This document shows, in pieces, positions 20,556 through 33,952 of a stretch of 43,335 nucleotides of DNA. The stretch is taken from assembly GCA_943704425.1 (NCBI GenBank), contig CALSCP010002232.1, positions 1 to 43,335 of the forward strand, read 5' to 3'. The DNA is from Ministeria vibrans ATCC 50519 (Eukaryota; Protista; Filasterea). Position 1 is the stretch's first letter, and every line of letters starts with the position of its first letter. The position numbers and the translations under genes were made by a program. The notes below the pieces were generated by a model that had not been told where the DNA came from, did not search any database, and was given only the letters and a program-made list of their open reading frames with translations.

Positions 20556-22552
20556 TCAAAGCATGTCCTTGCACCAGGGCATCTGAACACCGCCACGCAC
20601 GTCACGCTCACAGTCGTCGCTGGGGAAGAGCGGCTGCTTGGTGTCGGCCAGTTGGGCCATCCAGTTGCCGCAGAAGCCCTGCTGGCGGTTAAAAATGCAC
20701 TGCTGTGCGTCGGCGTCACTCCACGAGTGTGCCTGACAGTTGGACGTGAACAGAGCGCAGAACCCCCCCGTACACGGGTTGACGGATGACGGTCGCTGCG
20801 AGGGCGCCGCTTGCACAGTCGCATTGATCGATGTGCGCGACATGCCTGGCCAGACAGAGTCCACCTGTGACGCCGGAATGCGGTAGACCCACACGCCAAC
20901 GCTGTCGAACAGCGCAACGTACACAATGGCTTCGGGAGCATCGGGAGAGGCCGTCAGCAGGTAGTTGCGCGATCCAAACCCACCTGGATTCACGCCGCCA
21001 TTAAAGCAGCGTCCCACCTGGTTCGTCTGCGTCGCATACGCGCGACGGTAGCCCTCAGTCGCAGTCGCATTGCCCGTGTTCCACGCTGGCTCCAGAAAGT
21101 CAAACTCACCCGCATTGCCACTCGCCCAGCAGTTGTCGTTCAGGCCGCCGGGACACTCCTCTGCAGGGTATCCCGTTGCAGGGCCCCGCTCAAGCGTCAC
21201 ACGGTTCAGCGAGTACCAAGTCGCTCCATAGAACGCCTGCGCCAATAAAAAAAATAAAAATTAATACGTCTTGTTATTGTCATTAATAAAATATCAGCTT
21301 GCGTGCGCGTGTACCTCCGTCGACATTACAAACATCATGCCGGGAGGACCAACGCCACGTACATTCTTGCCCGCTGGATAGTATCCCAAACTCCAAAACA
21401 CAGAGCCGCCCTAGCAAAAGAGCGACAAAAGAAGAAGACAAGAGAGGAGTTGAGACAAAATCATAAAGATGAACTCGCACCACCAGGGTGGGTATTCTTT
21501 CTCTGCCGACAATGCATCATAAGATCACGATACGCTTACTGGCTGAGGCGACAGCCACGCATCCTCTTTGTTGAGTCCTCCATGGTCCTTCATCATGTCG
21601 AAGGTGGGCCGCGACCCGTTTGTGTTGAAACTCGACTCTTCTTGAATGCGCCACACATTCGAAGAGGAGTCAAATTGAAACGCGGCCAAGTAATTGATCT
21701 ATATAAAAAAGGAAAAAATAACAAGACACTGTTAATCACTTGTCCATCACTTTTTTCCTTCTCTTTGCATTTCCTTCACCCTCCTCTATCACAATGTCTT
21801 GTAATCTCCTTTCTCTGTCTCACAAAGTTTCTTGTCCTATCTCTCCGTCATAATGTTTCTTCACCCTCCTCTCTATCTGTCACAATGTTTCTCCACCGTG
21901 TCTTCACCCTCTTCTCTCTCTATCACAATGTTTCTTCACCCTCCTCTCTTTCACACACAATGATTCTTCACCCTCCCTCTCTCTGTCACAATGTTTCTTC
22001 ACCCTCCTCTTTCTCTCTGTCGGTCTGTCTGTCCTCTCCCAACTTGAATCATACCTTTGCGTCGCTACCGTGGCTGTAGAATGGCTGCAGGTCCGTCACG
22101 TCGTTACCAAAGCAGCAAGGCACAATGGGACCGGAACAGGCGTTGTCGCAGTGGCCGCCGCCGCAGCTGGGGGCCTTTGAGTCGCCACAGGCGCATCCGT
22201 CGCCGCGACACACTCCAATGATCTGGTTGAACTCGGGGGTGACAGCGCAGCCACGCTTGGCACAGCAGCACGGCGCGTCCTTGGAGAGTGCCGGACACAG
22301 CGGGTTCTCGCCACTCCCTTGGGTGCATCCCGACGCGGCGGCACACGTCGGCGTCGTCGTCCCGTTGTTGCCTGCGGGACATGGCCACAGCGCCCCCGCA
22401 TTGCGTAGGTTTGCGTACGACGGTGCGCAATCGCGAAGCGTCGTCGCGTTACAACCTGTGTTGAAGCCGATGTCGGGATGCATGTTGCCCGCCCAGGGGC
22501 TGCCTGCCACGGCGAACGACGCAAAGGTGAGGGTGAGCGCAACAGAGAGCAT
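20556..22552 (-). CDS. Secreted Cys-rich protein with Tos1/GH16-like glycoside hydrolase domain, 4 exons
   Basis: Signal peptide MLSVALTLTFASFAVA; Cys-rich N-domain; ATWYSLN...NCWASGNAGEFDFLE (GH16 ExDxxE motif; cf. Tos1-like CWxSGCGEFDIFE). Confidence 0.6.
21770..22020. repeat. Intronic minisatellite (TCACAATGTTTCTTCACCCTCCTCT core)
   Basis: Several degenerate copies in intron 1 of the GH16-like gene; variant of the TCACTTTGTTTCT family. Confidence 0.8.
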
Positions 22553-22691
22553 CAATAATGATTAATCGTTTAGAAGAAGAAGAAGAGACTTCCAATTTAT
22601 TCTCAATCACAAGCGAAAAGCGACAGCACATTAATAATATTAAAACATGGAACATTTTTGATTTTGAATTTTGTTCAATCACTTATTTACC

Positions 22692-24868
22692 ATGATTCGA
22701 CGGCCATGGTTTGCATCAACTGTGGGAGCCCTCGTGTTAGTGTCGCTTGTGGCTGTCATGGTTGTTTTTAAAAGTATCGAACATATGATTTTGTCGTTTT
22801 GCCCGTTTGACTTTTGTCTCACTCTCCAGCTGCCACGGTGCCCTACGTGCTGGAAGACCGACTGGATACCACGTCAGACGCATCTGTGCCTGACGCCATC
22901 CAGGTGGTCGATCGGAACGGGCTGGAGGCGCAGATGCAAGGGACAGACACGGACGACAACGACGGCACTTCCATCGCTGTCAGCGGAGAGGGCCAAGGCA
23001 GCGCACACGACGACGACGTCGACGACGATGAGGAGGAGGTCGACACGGCAGCGATGGAGCAGGCAGAACGACAACGCCAACGGAAGGAAGAGGAGGAAGA
23101 AGCGGCGGTGGCGCAAGCGAGACAACATGAGAGGGACGAGAAGAACGCGGCTGCAGAGGCGAATCGCAAGGCACAGGCTCAGGCGGCAGCAGTGGCGGAG
23201 GCGAATCGCAAGGCACAGGCTCAGGCGGCAGTGGCGGAGGCGAATCGCAAGGCACAGGCTCAGGCGGCAGTGGCGGAGGCGAATCGCAATGCACAGGCTC
23301 AGGCGGCAGTAGCGAAGGATGCAATAGACAAGGATGCAACGAGTACGTCCGTTGGCGACGGCATCGACGGCTTCACCATGTTTGGGCAGGGCGGCAAGAT
23401 TGCCAGTGTGCGACCGACGAAGCAGATCATCATGTATACGCCGCTTTTCGGCCAGGCGAGAACGGGCGGTGGCAACGAGTGGATGCAGGCAATGGTAGGC
23501 GGCCCAAAGTCCTTTTCATTTTGTCCCATCAAAGAGTGCACCATTGAGTTTGTGGAGAACCACTCGGAAGCCGAAGTGCACTCAGCAGCCGCCCTCATCT
23601 TTCACGAGCGGGATCTGTTTGCGCGCGCAGGACAGCCCGGCAGAGGTCTTCCATCCTTTGCCCACCCACCCAACCAGCCATGGGTGCTATTTACGCAGGA
23701 GGCACCGCGTGACAATTTCACGCCGCAATATGCAAACGTGTTCAACTGGACGTGGACGTACCGCACATCAAGCGAGGTGTGGATTCCGTACGTTGAGCAG
23801 ATTAATGCGCTCAAGTCGCCTGTGCTGCTGCCCAATCTGATTGCCGACAAGATGCGCTGGCGCAGCGAATCTAACCTGGCGCCTGTCGGGATGCTTGTGC
23901 TCAACTGCCAAGCACACAACCACCGCCTACAGTACTCCTTATCATCGTGTGCTGCGAACTATCTCATGCCATTGTGTGTTGATGTAGGTATGTACAGGAG
24001 CTGATGAAGCACATTGCAATTGACAGTCTGGGGCAGTGCGAGCACACGCGCGACTCCATTACGATTGACGGGCGCACAATCAGTCCAATGCGCCACAATT
24101 ACCACTCAGCGTCTGACGGAGTCCAAGTGCGCACCAATTTCATCTTTTCGTCTGTCTCTCATTCTCTCGTGTGCATGTTTATCTCTCTGTCTATGTATGA
24201 TCTGCCTGTAGGTCAGTAAGGATGTGCGTAAGGCTTACAAGTTCTTTATTGCGTTTGAGAATAATAACTGTCTTGACTACGTCACTGAAAAGTACCCACT
24301 ACGAGAGAGCGCGTGCACATCCGTCCAACTTTGTGTTTGCTTGGTGTAGGTATTTTAATGCGTTGGAAGGAGGCGCAATCCCTATCGTGTTGTATGGCGA
24401 GTGGTACGATCAGTTTGCACCGCTCAAGGGCCGTTCGTTTATTCGCGCATCCGACTTTGCCTCTCCCAAAGCACTCGCTGAGTACATCAAAAAGTAAGCG
24501 TCGTTTATACAAACGTGAGGTTGGGCGATACACTCTGACACACACGCACGCGCGCGCCGTGCTGCGTAGGGTCGACAATGACGATTCTCTGTATGCCGAG
24601 TACCAGGAGTGGCGCTCGACGCCCATAGACAAGCTGCAGCAGCACTACGCGCAGATTGGGCGCAAGATCTCAGTGGGCCACTGTCGTTTGTGCGAACTGT
24701 TACACATGGTAGGTGAAGTGAGAGAGTGTCGAGTGCACTGATAGACTCCCTTGTGCGTCGCAGGACCCGCCACCGCCTCATCGCTCTGTGCCTGACCTTC
24801 AAGCGATTTGGAGTCGTGCGCACAACTGTCCAAATCAACATCTGCCCCCTGTAAGTAAACCCGTATAA
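22692..24868 (+). CDS. Alpha-1,3/4-fucosyltransferase (CAZy GT10), type II Golgi membrane protein, ~7 exons
   Basis: N-terminal TM anchor; QPWVLFTQEAP; FNWTWTYRTSSEVWIPY; YVQELMKHIAIDSLGQC; YKFFIAFENNNCLDYVTEK|YFNALEGGAIPIV (alpha-1,3-FucT motif); CRLCE. Confidence 0.92.
23152..23313 (+). repeat. 39-bp coding tandem repeat (AEANRKAQAQAAV) x4 in the fucosyltransferase stem
   Basis: Near-identical gcggaggcgaatcgcaaggcacaggctcaggcggcagtg units. Confidence 0.93.
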
Positions 24869-24939
24869 ATAAAATTCAAACTTTTAATTCAAGCGTTGAA
24901 GCAAAGCCATCAAGTCAACTCAGGAAACTATTTTTTTTT

Positions 24940-24999
24940 ACCATTAATAATAATAATAATAATAAATTTATTATTATTATTATCATTATTATTATTATT

Positions 25000-25030
<31 letters not shown>

Positions 25031-25130
25031 ATATTATTATTATTATATTATTATTATTATCATTACCATTGTCATTAATAACAACAATAAATTAGAAGAA
25101 TTATTATTATTATTAATATTATTATTTTAA
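24940..25130. repeat. (AAT)n/(ATT)n/(GAT)n intergenic microsatellite tract
   Basis: Directly visible trinucleotide runs. Confidence 0.9.
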
Positions 25131-25297
25131 TTGTTTTTGGCTCACTTTTTGCCTTTTGGAACTTTTTCACTTTACGAATAATTTCTTAATCGCGCTGATC
25201 GGTCGGTCAGCTGTCGAAACGAACGGGAAAATTAATTCATAAAAAATCCTTGTAAGCACACATTGATTCTGCCAGGAGCGCTATTCGCCGTTCGCAA

Positions 25298-27285
25298 ATG
25301 GGCAACTCGAAGAGCAAGGGGGCGGCGCCCACCACGGCCAAGGCGAAGACGGACCAGACGAAGGGCAAGAAGAAGGGCAAGCGGGGCGCGAACACGCTGC
25401 GCATCATTGCCGTCAACGACGTGTACAAGCTGGCCCACATGGCGTCGTTCGCGGCGCTCGTCAAAGACAAGCGTGCGAGCGTCGAGAAGGCCGGCGGCAA
25501 ATGCATCGTCACACTCGCCGGAGACTTCCTCTCGCCCAGCATCCTCAGCAGCATGGACAAGGGCAAGTCCATGGTACGCCCCTCCCCATCATCCCTGCCT
25601 TCTTTCGTCCCAGATCTACTCGTTTTTCTCTGTTTGTCTCTTTTTCGTTTTTTTTTTTTTTTGAAATCATGNNNNNNNNNNAAGACGAGAGATGTGTGAA
25701 TATTTAAAAAAAGACATAAATTAATATTATTAAATTTTTACCATATGTCCTATTTTTGTCACTGTTTGCTATCACTGTTCCTGGCGCTTGTAAGCCACGC
25801 CGCACCCACCCCTCTCCTCCCGCATACCGTTCTTGTGCTCTGCTCCTTGCGCCCACCCCCTCCATTCCCCTCCTTGCGTCTTCAGCAATATTTGGGTGTG
25901 ATTCTGCTCGCAATGTGATTCTCGTTACTCTGCCCCACCCCCTCTCTTCCGATGCACCTCACCAGTGCCCCATTCTTCCGTCATCGTGTTTTTGTCCTCT
26001 CTCGCGTCGACGCTCTCCGTCGATTGTTTCCCCATTCGTTTTTTTATTGCAATAGATCTTCCTTTTCTCTTTTCACCTCACACACACACACACACTCTCT
26101 CTCTCTCCTCTTACGCAGGTCGACGTGCTTAACAACGTGCCCGTGACACACGTGTGTTTTGGCAACCACGAGGCAGACGTGCCCAACGGCGAGCTGCGCG
26201 CACGCATTGCCGAGTCCAAGTTTACCTGGCTCAACACCAACATGCCCGACTTTGACGCGGACGGCAAGGGCGGACGCCTGCCCGAGTACGAGATTATCGA
26301 AGTGGGTGGTCACCGCGTTGCCTTGCTGGGCCTGTGCTCGGGTGCCTCAAAGCTGTACCGTACGGACCACGGCTTTGGCGCAACACAGCCGTCGGATCTG
26401 GCGCAGGCAGCGCGTCGTGTCCGCACAGAACTGGTCGACGAAAAGAAACTGTGTGACGTGGTGATCCCCATGACACACCAGGATGTTGATGAGGACATTG
26501 CGCTGGCGCGGGAGTTGGATTTCCCGGTGATTCTCGGTGGACACGACCACGACGTGCACGAGGGCACGTACGACGGCACGCTATTGATCAAAGCGGGCGC
26601 CGATGCACTCAAGGCGGCCGTCATTGACGTGACGTGGACTAGCAGCGACAACAGCGTCGCACCCACAGTCAGCTACGAGTTGGTGGATCTCACTGTCAAG
26701 CCGTGGGTCAACAAGACCGACTCGAACATGAAGAAGCGCGTCGCCCGTCACATGCAGCTCGTCGCCGAGCTTGACCGAGCCGTCATCTTTGATATTGTGG
26801 GCGACGACGTACTCTCCTGCGAGCGCGTCCGTTTCGAACAGACGTCAATGGGTACAAAAAAAAGTTTTTGTTTGTTCGTTCTCGCAGCTCATGACAGTCC
26901 ATGATTGTTTATGCCTTTAGGCACTCTTTTGGCGACATCTGTGCGACGTAGTATGCGGGCGGATTGTGCCCTGCTTAACAGTGGTGGGATCCGCACAGAC
27001 GCAGCGTACACCAAGGTAACAACGGACAAGCGAACAAGCAATATTAATACAATATAATTATAATGAATAATATAATTATGTCTCTGTTCTTTTTGGATAG
27101 ATATTCACGTGCGGTGAGCTGAAGCGCGTGTGTCCGTTTGAGACGTCCATCATTGTTGTGTCTATGACGGGCCGTGAGCTCAATGAGGCGGTCAAGTTCT
27201 CGCGCACAGTCAAGGCCGGAGTGGAGTATGGCGGTTTCTTACAGGTACGGGCGAGAAAGATCCGAGTCAACCACCACATGCACAC

Positions 27286-27383
<98 letters not shown>

Positions 27384-27949
27384 TGAAACATTCAAATTCA
27401 TTCACTCGATAGGTTGATGATGAGCTGATTCTGAGTGACGACTTTTCTGTGACGAGTGTGCGCGGGTCGGCACTTAACGAAGACCAGGTGTACTCGGTGG
27501 CACTGCCACACCGGCTGCTGACGGGTATGGACGACTGCACGCCCTTGATGGAGTTTGCCAAGCGCAACGCCGGCGCCATTCCCGAGGAGGAGGCGGGACT
27601 TGGCCTTGTCTCAGTCATCATCGATGCCTTTGCCCAGCAGCTGTGGCGCGACATCTACAAGAACCTCGGCGACTTCAACAGCCTTGATCTCAATGGTGAC
27701 GGCGTCATTACCACCGAGGAAATCAAAGGTACTCCTTTTGTTTTTGTTTTTGATAATGTATTTATGTGTTTTGTGCCGATTCTGAATTTGGTGTCCGTTA
27801 TTTCGTATCTACTAGCGGCACTGGACAAGTTTGTTGAGGGTGGTGGTCACAATCTGTCTGCGGCAGCAGCACTGAAGGTGGTGGATGCGGACGGCGATGG
27901 GAAGATTGATCGAGAGGAGTTTGAGCGAGGAAAAGCCGCAGTTCACTGA
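25298..27949 (+). CDS. N-myristoylated 5'-nucleotidase/apyrase-family metallophosphoesterase with C-terminal EF-hand pair, 6 exons
   Basis: MGNSKSK plus Lys-rich patch; IIAVNDVY, AGDFLSPS, FGNHE, MTH and LGGHDH metal motifs; 5'-nucleotidase C-domain LLNSGGIR..PF..GGFLQ; EF hands DLNGDGVITTEE and DADGDGKIDREE. Confidence 0.88.
27280..27381. repeat. (CA)n intronic microsatellite
   Basis: Direct observation. Confidence 0.95.
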
Positions 27950-28241
27950 TCGTGATTGCATTCACTCCACTTATATTTCTTATTTCGATCACTTTGCTTC
28001 TTTCTTCCTCCTCCTCCTCCTCTCTCTCCCTCTATCTCCTCCCTCTCTCAATGTTTAACTGTTGACTATTTTAAGAATACACGTACGAAATCTTTAACCT
28101 TTTACTTTACCAGTTATGTAATTATACTTATTAGTAACTTTACGTCTTGATGAGTTTTGGGGAAAGTTTATAAGAAGAATTCTTCTGAGTTGAGTGAGTT
28201 CAGTATTTTTATTTTTTTAATAATTTTCCCCTCTGTTCTTC

Positions 28242-29573
<1,332 letters not shown>

Positions 29574-29617
29574 GAATAAGTGAATTTTTTTTTTCCTTTC
29601 TATTCATTGTGATTGTT

Positions 29618-32022
29618 TTATTGTTCTGTCTTTCGCTTTGATTTCGATGTGAAATGGGGACTGTGAGGCACTGTGGTCGGCTTAGTTGCCTTTTGGATGA
29701 AGAGGGGCCGATAGTGGCGGATGGGAGCGGCCTTGTGGACTTGCGAGCGGCGCAGTTGGGCAATGCGCTGTCGCTCAGTCTGTGCCTGCTCTGTGGCGTA
29801 CGCGCGCGCCTGTTCCTCCTGGCGTTGTTGCTCTTCTGTATGTACTTGGGTGTATGCGGCGCGTGCCTGGGCACGCATGTCGCTGTGCAGACCAAACGCG
29901 CGAGTGGTAGTCGTTGTCTTGCGTCCGGCTGCGGGCCGTTGGCGTGACTGTTCTTGTTTGCGTCGCAGCGCCTCTTCCTCGCGAGCCAGGCGACGCAGCC
30001 GCACCACTTCGGTCTCTTTGGCAGACACAGCAAATGGACACACCGTCTTGCTTGAGGCTGCGCTGGTCGAGCGCGAGGAAGCGCGTGATGTCTGGGGAAA
30101 GACACGTGCGCGTTGGCGAGTATGCAGAGCGGGAGAATGTGGTTGTGTGAGGGGTCTTGCGCGTCCGTGGATCGTTGTCTTGGGGGCGGCTGATGTTGCC
30201 GCTTCTGTTGTTGGGTTGGAGCGTGGGTGATATTGAAAATGGGGCGAATGTGCGACGGTCAGAGGACGCGGGGCGACGCGGGGGACACCGTACTCGCCGG
30301 CGCTCTCCATGATGCGTGCGTTGAGAGGGCGTGCCTTGAAGGTTGGCGCAGTAGACAGAACCGTGGAGGGTGCGTTGTTCGTAGCAGTGGGGGGGTGATA
30401 GTGGAAATGAGGGGAGTGGGCGACGGTGGTTGGGCGCTGCGGAACCCGGGGAACTCCATACTCACCGGCACTCTCCATGATGCGCCGGTTGACGGGACGC
30501 GCACGGAAGACGTACGGCGGGGTTGTGGTGGCTGCTGCAGCGGCGGCTTTGGTCGCAACAGCTCGACGGTGAAATGTGCTGTGGGCAGTTGCCTTGAGGG
30601 GGTGTGCCTGTTTCGGTGTCTTGTTCGGTCGCGATACAGGCATCTGTTGTCGTGATTGATGTTGTTGTTGTTGCTGTTGCTGTGCCTTGGCGAGTTTCTT
30701 ATCTCGTTCACGACGCACAAAGTCAGGTGTGCGTGGTACCGTCAGGCGTTTGCGCTTGAGCTTTGGTTCACCATCGACTGCAACGGGCGTGTGTGCTTCG
30801 GCGTAAAGAAGCTTTCGCTTGGCTGCTCCCTTCATGCGCATCAGAGGACCCGCTGGCAGCACAATCGGTGTCGCTTGAGGGGTTTCTTGCTCGCTGACTA
30901 TTTGAGTAGGAGTAAGACCTGGTGTTGCCAACGTGGTGCTTTGAGACGTGAGTAGTTTGCGAGCAGACTGCGAGCGTGTTGTCATTGTCGGCGTCGAGGC
31001 GAGCGGCGAAGCTTGCTCCTTCTGAGGCGTTGCGCGAGCGGATGCTGACCGAGTCAAAATGGGTGTCGTGGTGGACGACTGATGTGTCGTGATGGGTGTC
31101 GTGGTGGACGACTGATGTGTCGTGATGGGTGATGTGGTGGACGACTGATGCGTCGTGATGGGTGTTGTGGTGGACGACTGATGTGTCGTGATGGGAGTTG
31201 TGGTGGACGACTGATGTGTCGTGATGGGAGTTGTGGTGGACGACTGATGTGTCGTGATGGGTGTTGTGGTGGACGACTGATGTGTCGTGATGGATGTCAC
31301 AGTGGACAGCTGACGAGTCATGATGGGAGTGATCAACTCGGGTGTAGCCGTCGTGGTCGCGATGGATACAGGAGGTGTTTGAGGCTGTTTCTTCCGACGT
31401 GCTGGCTGTGGTGTTGTTGTGAGTGGCGCCGGAGATGCGTTGAGTGTACAGGAGGCGATGGCGGCGATCATGGCGGTTGTCGCCGGCGTCATGGTGGGTG
31501 TGTTTTCCAGGGAGTTGACGGGAGAGGCAAAGTCACGGTCGGCCCGGCAGCCCAAGGCATCTCCGAGAGGCAGTGCGTTTGGCGTTACATTTTCGTTGCT
31601 AGGTTTGTGTCTTGGCGTGTTGATTTTGGCAAGGCGCACCGAACGACGCGTCTCCATGGGCGTCGTTGGGGGTGTACTGAATGTTTCCGTGTCTGTAAAG
31701 ACCATGTGTACAGAGTGTATGTCAAAAAAAACGAAAAATAAAAATATAAAAGTTTTTCGGTTGCGCTGTTCTCAAATCGCATCAAGAGCACCACGCAATA
31801 GCACGCTTATGCGGCGATGTGCCACACAACCATGTTATGAGTGTCATCGTACGGCGCGCATGCTTGGGGATGCGGTGGTGCGGTTGGGTGAAGCGGATGT
31901 GTCTTCTTACCAAACCACAAATCTGCTTCGCTTGAGCTGTCCAAATTGTTAAAATCCACCCATTTGGGGGCATCAAACTCGTATGAAGATGAGATGTCCG
32001 ACGCAATCTCGGAAACGTCCAT
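29618..32022 (-). CDS. TPX2: Spindle assembly factor TPX2, 2 exons
   Basis: Exon 1 YEFDAPKWVDF..ADLWF (Aurora-A-binding motif); LTVPRTPDF; two FxARPxNxRIMES..TVAHSPHF repeats; C-terminal LRRSQVHKAAPIRHYRPLFIQKATKPTTVPHSPHF. Confidence 0.93.
31058..31292 (-). repeat. 33-bp coding tandem repeat (TTTPITTHQSS) x7 in TPX2
   Basis: Near-identical gggtgtcgtggtggacgactgatgtgtcgtgat units. Confidence 0.95.
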
Positions 32023-32155
32023 AGCAGATGAATATGAAGGAAAGAATAAAAAAAATTGTTTGGTTTAATTATCAACTCAATGAATGAATTTAGAAAATGA
32101 AGGATTACTTTTTTTCTAAACAGTCAACGTAGCAAACAACCACACACGTACCAGC

Positions 32156-33121
32156 ATGGATGACTTTGATGATGTATTCGGTCTGTTCGACATGGACAAC
32201 TCCGGCTCGATCCCCACAAAGGTACCGCAACAGCAAAACAGCCCACTGCTTTGCTGCACCCCGCACCCCACGATCTCCGTGTGCGTGTGGCCGGCTCCAC
32301 AGGGTCACAAACCCCCTCTATTGTTCGTCGTGCCTATTTTTTTCTTTTTTTTTTTATCTTTTTTTCGAAACCCGTTTGGTGTTCTTTCGCTCGTCTCTGC
32401 GCGATCCTGTTCGAATCCACCGGGCTCGTCGCGGGGACTGCAACGCGGGCTTGCCCAAATGCCCCCGGCTGCTGTACCGGCCCTCCCTCCGTCTGCGTTG
32501 CGTCTCTTTGCCTTTCTTCTTCTGCTGAGGTGTTTTTTTCGTGTTTAAAAAAAGCCACTTCCTGAGGCATTTTCGAAAGGGAGCACCGTCGGCATTGCAG
32601 CGCGGCCAGCGTGTGGTGCGCCGGAGGGTCCGCAGCGAGCATGCGTGTCTCTCTGGCGTCCGTCGCTGTCTTTTTCCGTTTTTATGGACCATCATCCGAT
32701 CGATTGATATGACTCCAGTGGTTGAGCACGTTGTATTATAAACATTTTTTATNNNNNNNNNNNNNNNNNNNNNNNNNNNNNNNNNNNNNNNNNNNNNNNN
32801 NNNNNNNNNNNNNNNNNNNNNNNNNNNNNNNNNNNNNNNNNNNNNNNNNNNNNNNNNNNNNNNNNNNNNNNNNNNNNNNNNNNNNNNNNNNNNNNNNNNN
32901 NNNNNNNNNNNNNNNNNNNNNNNNNNNNNNNNNNNNNNNNNNNNNNNNNNNNNNNNNNNNNNNNNNNNNNNNNNNNNNNNNNNNNNNNNNNNNNNNNNNN
33001 NNNNNNNNNNNNNNNNNNNNNNNNNNNNNNNNNNNNNNNNNNNNNNNNNNNNNNNNNNNNNNNNNNNNNNNNNNNNNNNNNNNNNNNNNNNNNNNNNNNN
33101 NNNNNNNNNNNNNNNNNNNNN

Positions 33122-33197
<76 letters not shown>

Positions 33198-33641
33198 TGT
33201 GTGCAGCAAGTCATTCAGGCTGCCGGCGGTGGCGATAGGGTGGAGAAGGCGAAGCTTAAGTCGGTGATTGAGTCTTCGATGCAAAAACCGTACACAGAGG
33301 ACGAAATTCGTGATGCTTTCCGCAACTTTGACCGGTATGAAACTGAAAAAAAAATGAAACAAAATGAAACAAAGAAGACACCATCTAAAATTGCACTTTG
33401 CCTTTGCTTTAGTGAGAAGAACGGATTCCTTCAAGTCGCAGATCTTAAGCAAGTCATGACGACACTTGGTGACCGATTGACATCCGGTATAACCAACACA
33501 TGCACAGATTGTTTGGTCGAGTGTGTCTCATTCGGTATGTGTGTGTGTCATTGTGTAGAGGAAATGGACGCACTGACGGAGGCTGCTGACGGCGAGATGA
33601 TCAGCTACGACGCCTTCTGCAAGATGTTGGCTGCAGAGTAG
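32156..33641 (+). CDS. Calmodulin-like / myosin light chain EF-hand protein; one exon probably in the N gap
   Basis: DDVFGLFDMDNSGSIPTK|..gap..|TEDEIRDAFRNFDR|EKNGFLQVADLKQVMTTLGDRLTS|EEMDAL..GEMISYDAFCKML. Confidence 0.88.
32753..33121. other. Assembly gap (N run) followed by (TC)n
   Basis: 369 Ns; smaller N runs near 5847, 10251 and 25672. Confidence 0.99.
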
Positions 33642-33952
33642 ACGTCCCTGTCTGTCTTTTCTTTTCCCTCCTCTTTCTCTTCTCTCCTTTTTTTTATCGT
33701 TTTGTGTAGTGAACACAAGCAAAAACAACCTCTCTTTTTGGTACCATCATACTGTTTTCAGGGGAGGGAGAGCATCATTGTCAACGGTCGTGTTTGCGTG
33801 ACTATTTATATATTTTAGAATGATCCCATGGTTTTTCAAACAATTTGAGTTTTCATTTATTACTAATACTAATTAAATTATTATTATTATATTGCCTGTT
33901 AATATAAATTTTTGTTCGTGTTTGTCTTCTACATGATTGCACAGAAACCTTT

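Noticed and set aside
32408-32420. GTTCGAATCC (tRNA T-loop / B-box-like) in the light-chain intron
   Set aside because: Flanks do not form a T-stem, and no acceptor, D or anticodon arms can be built
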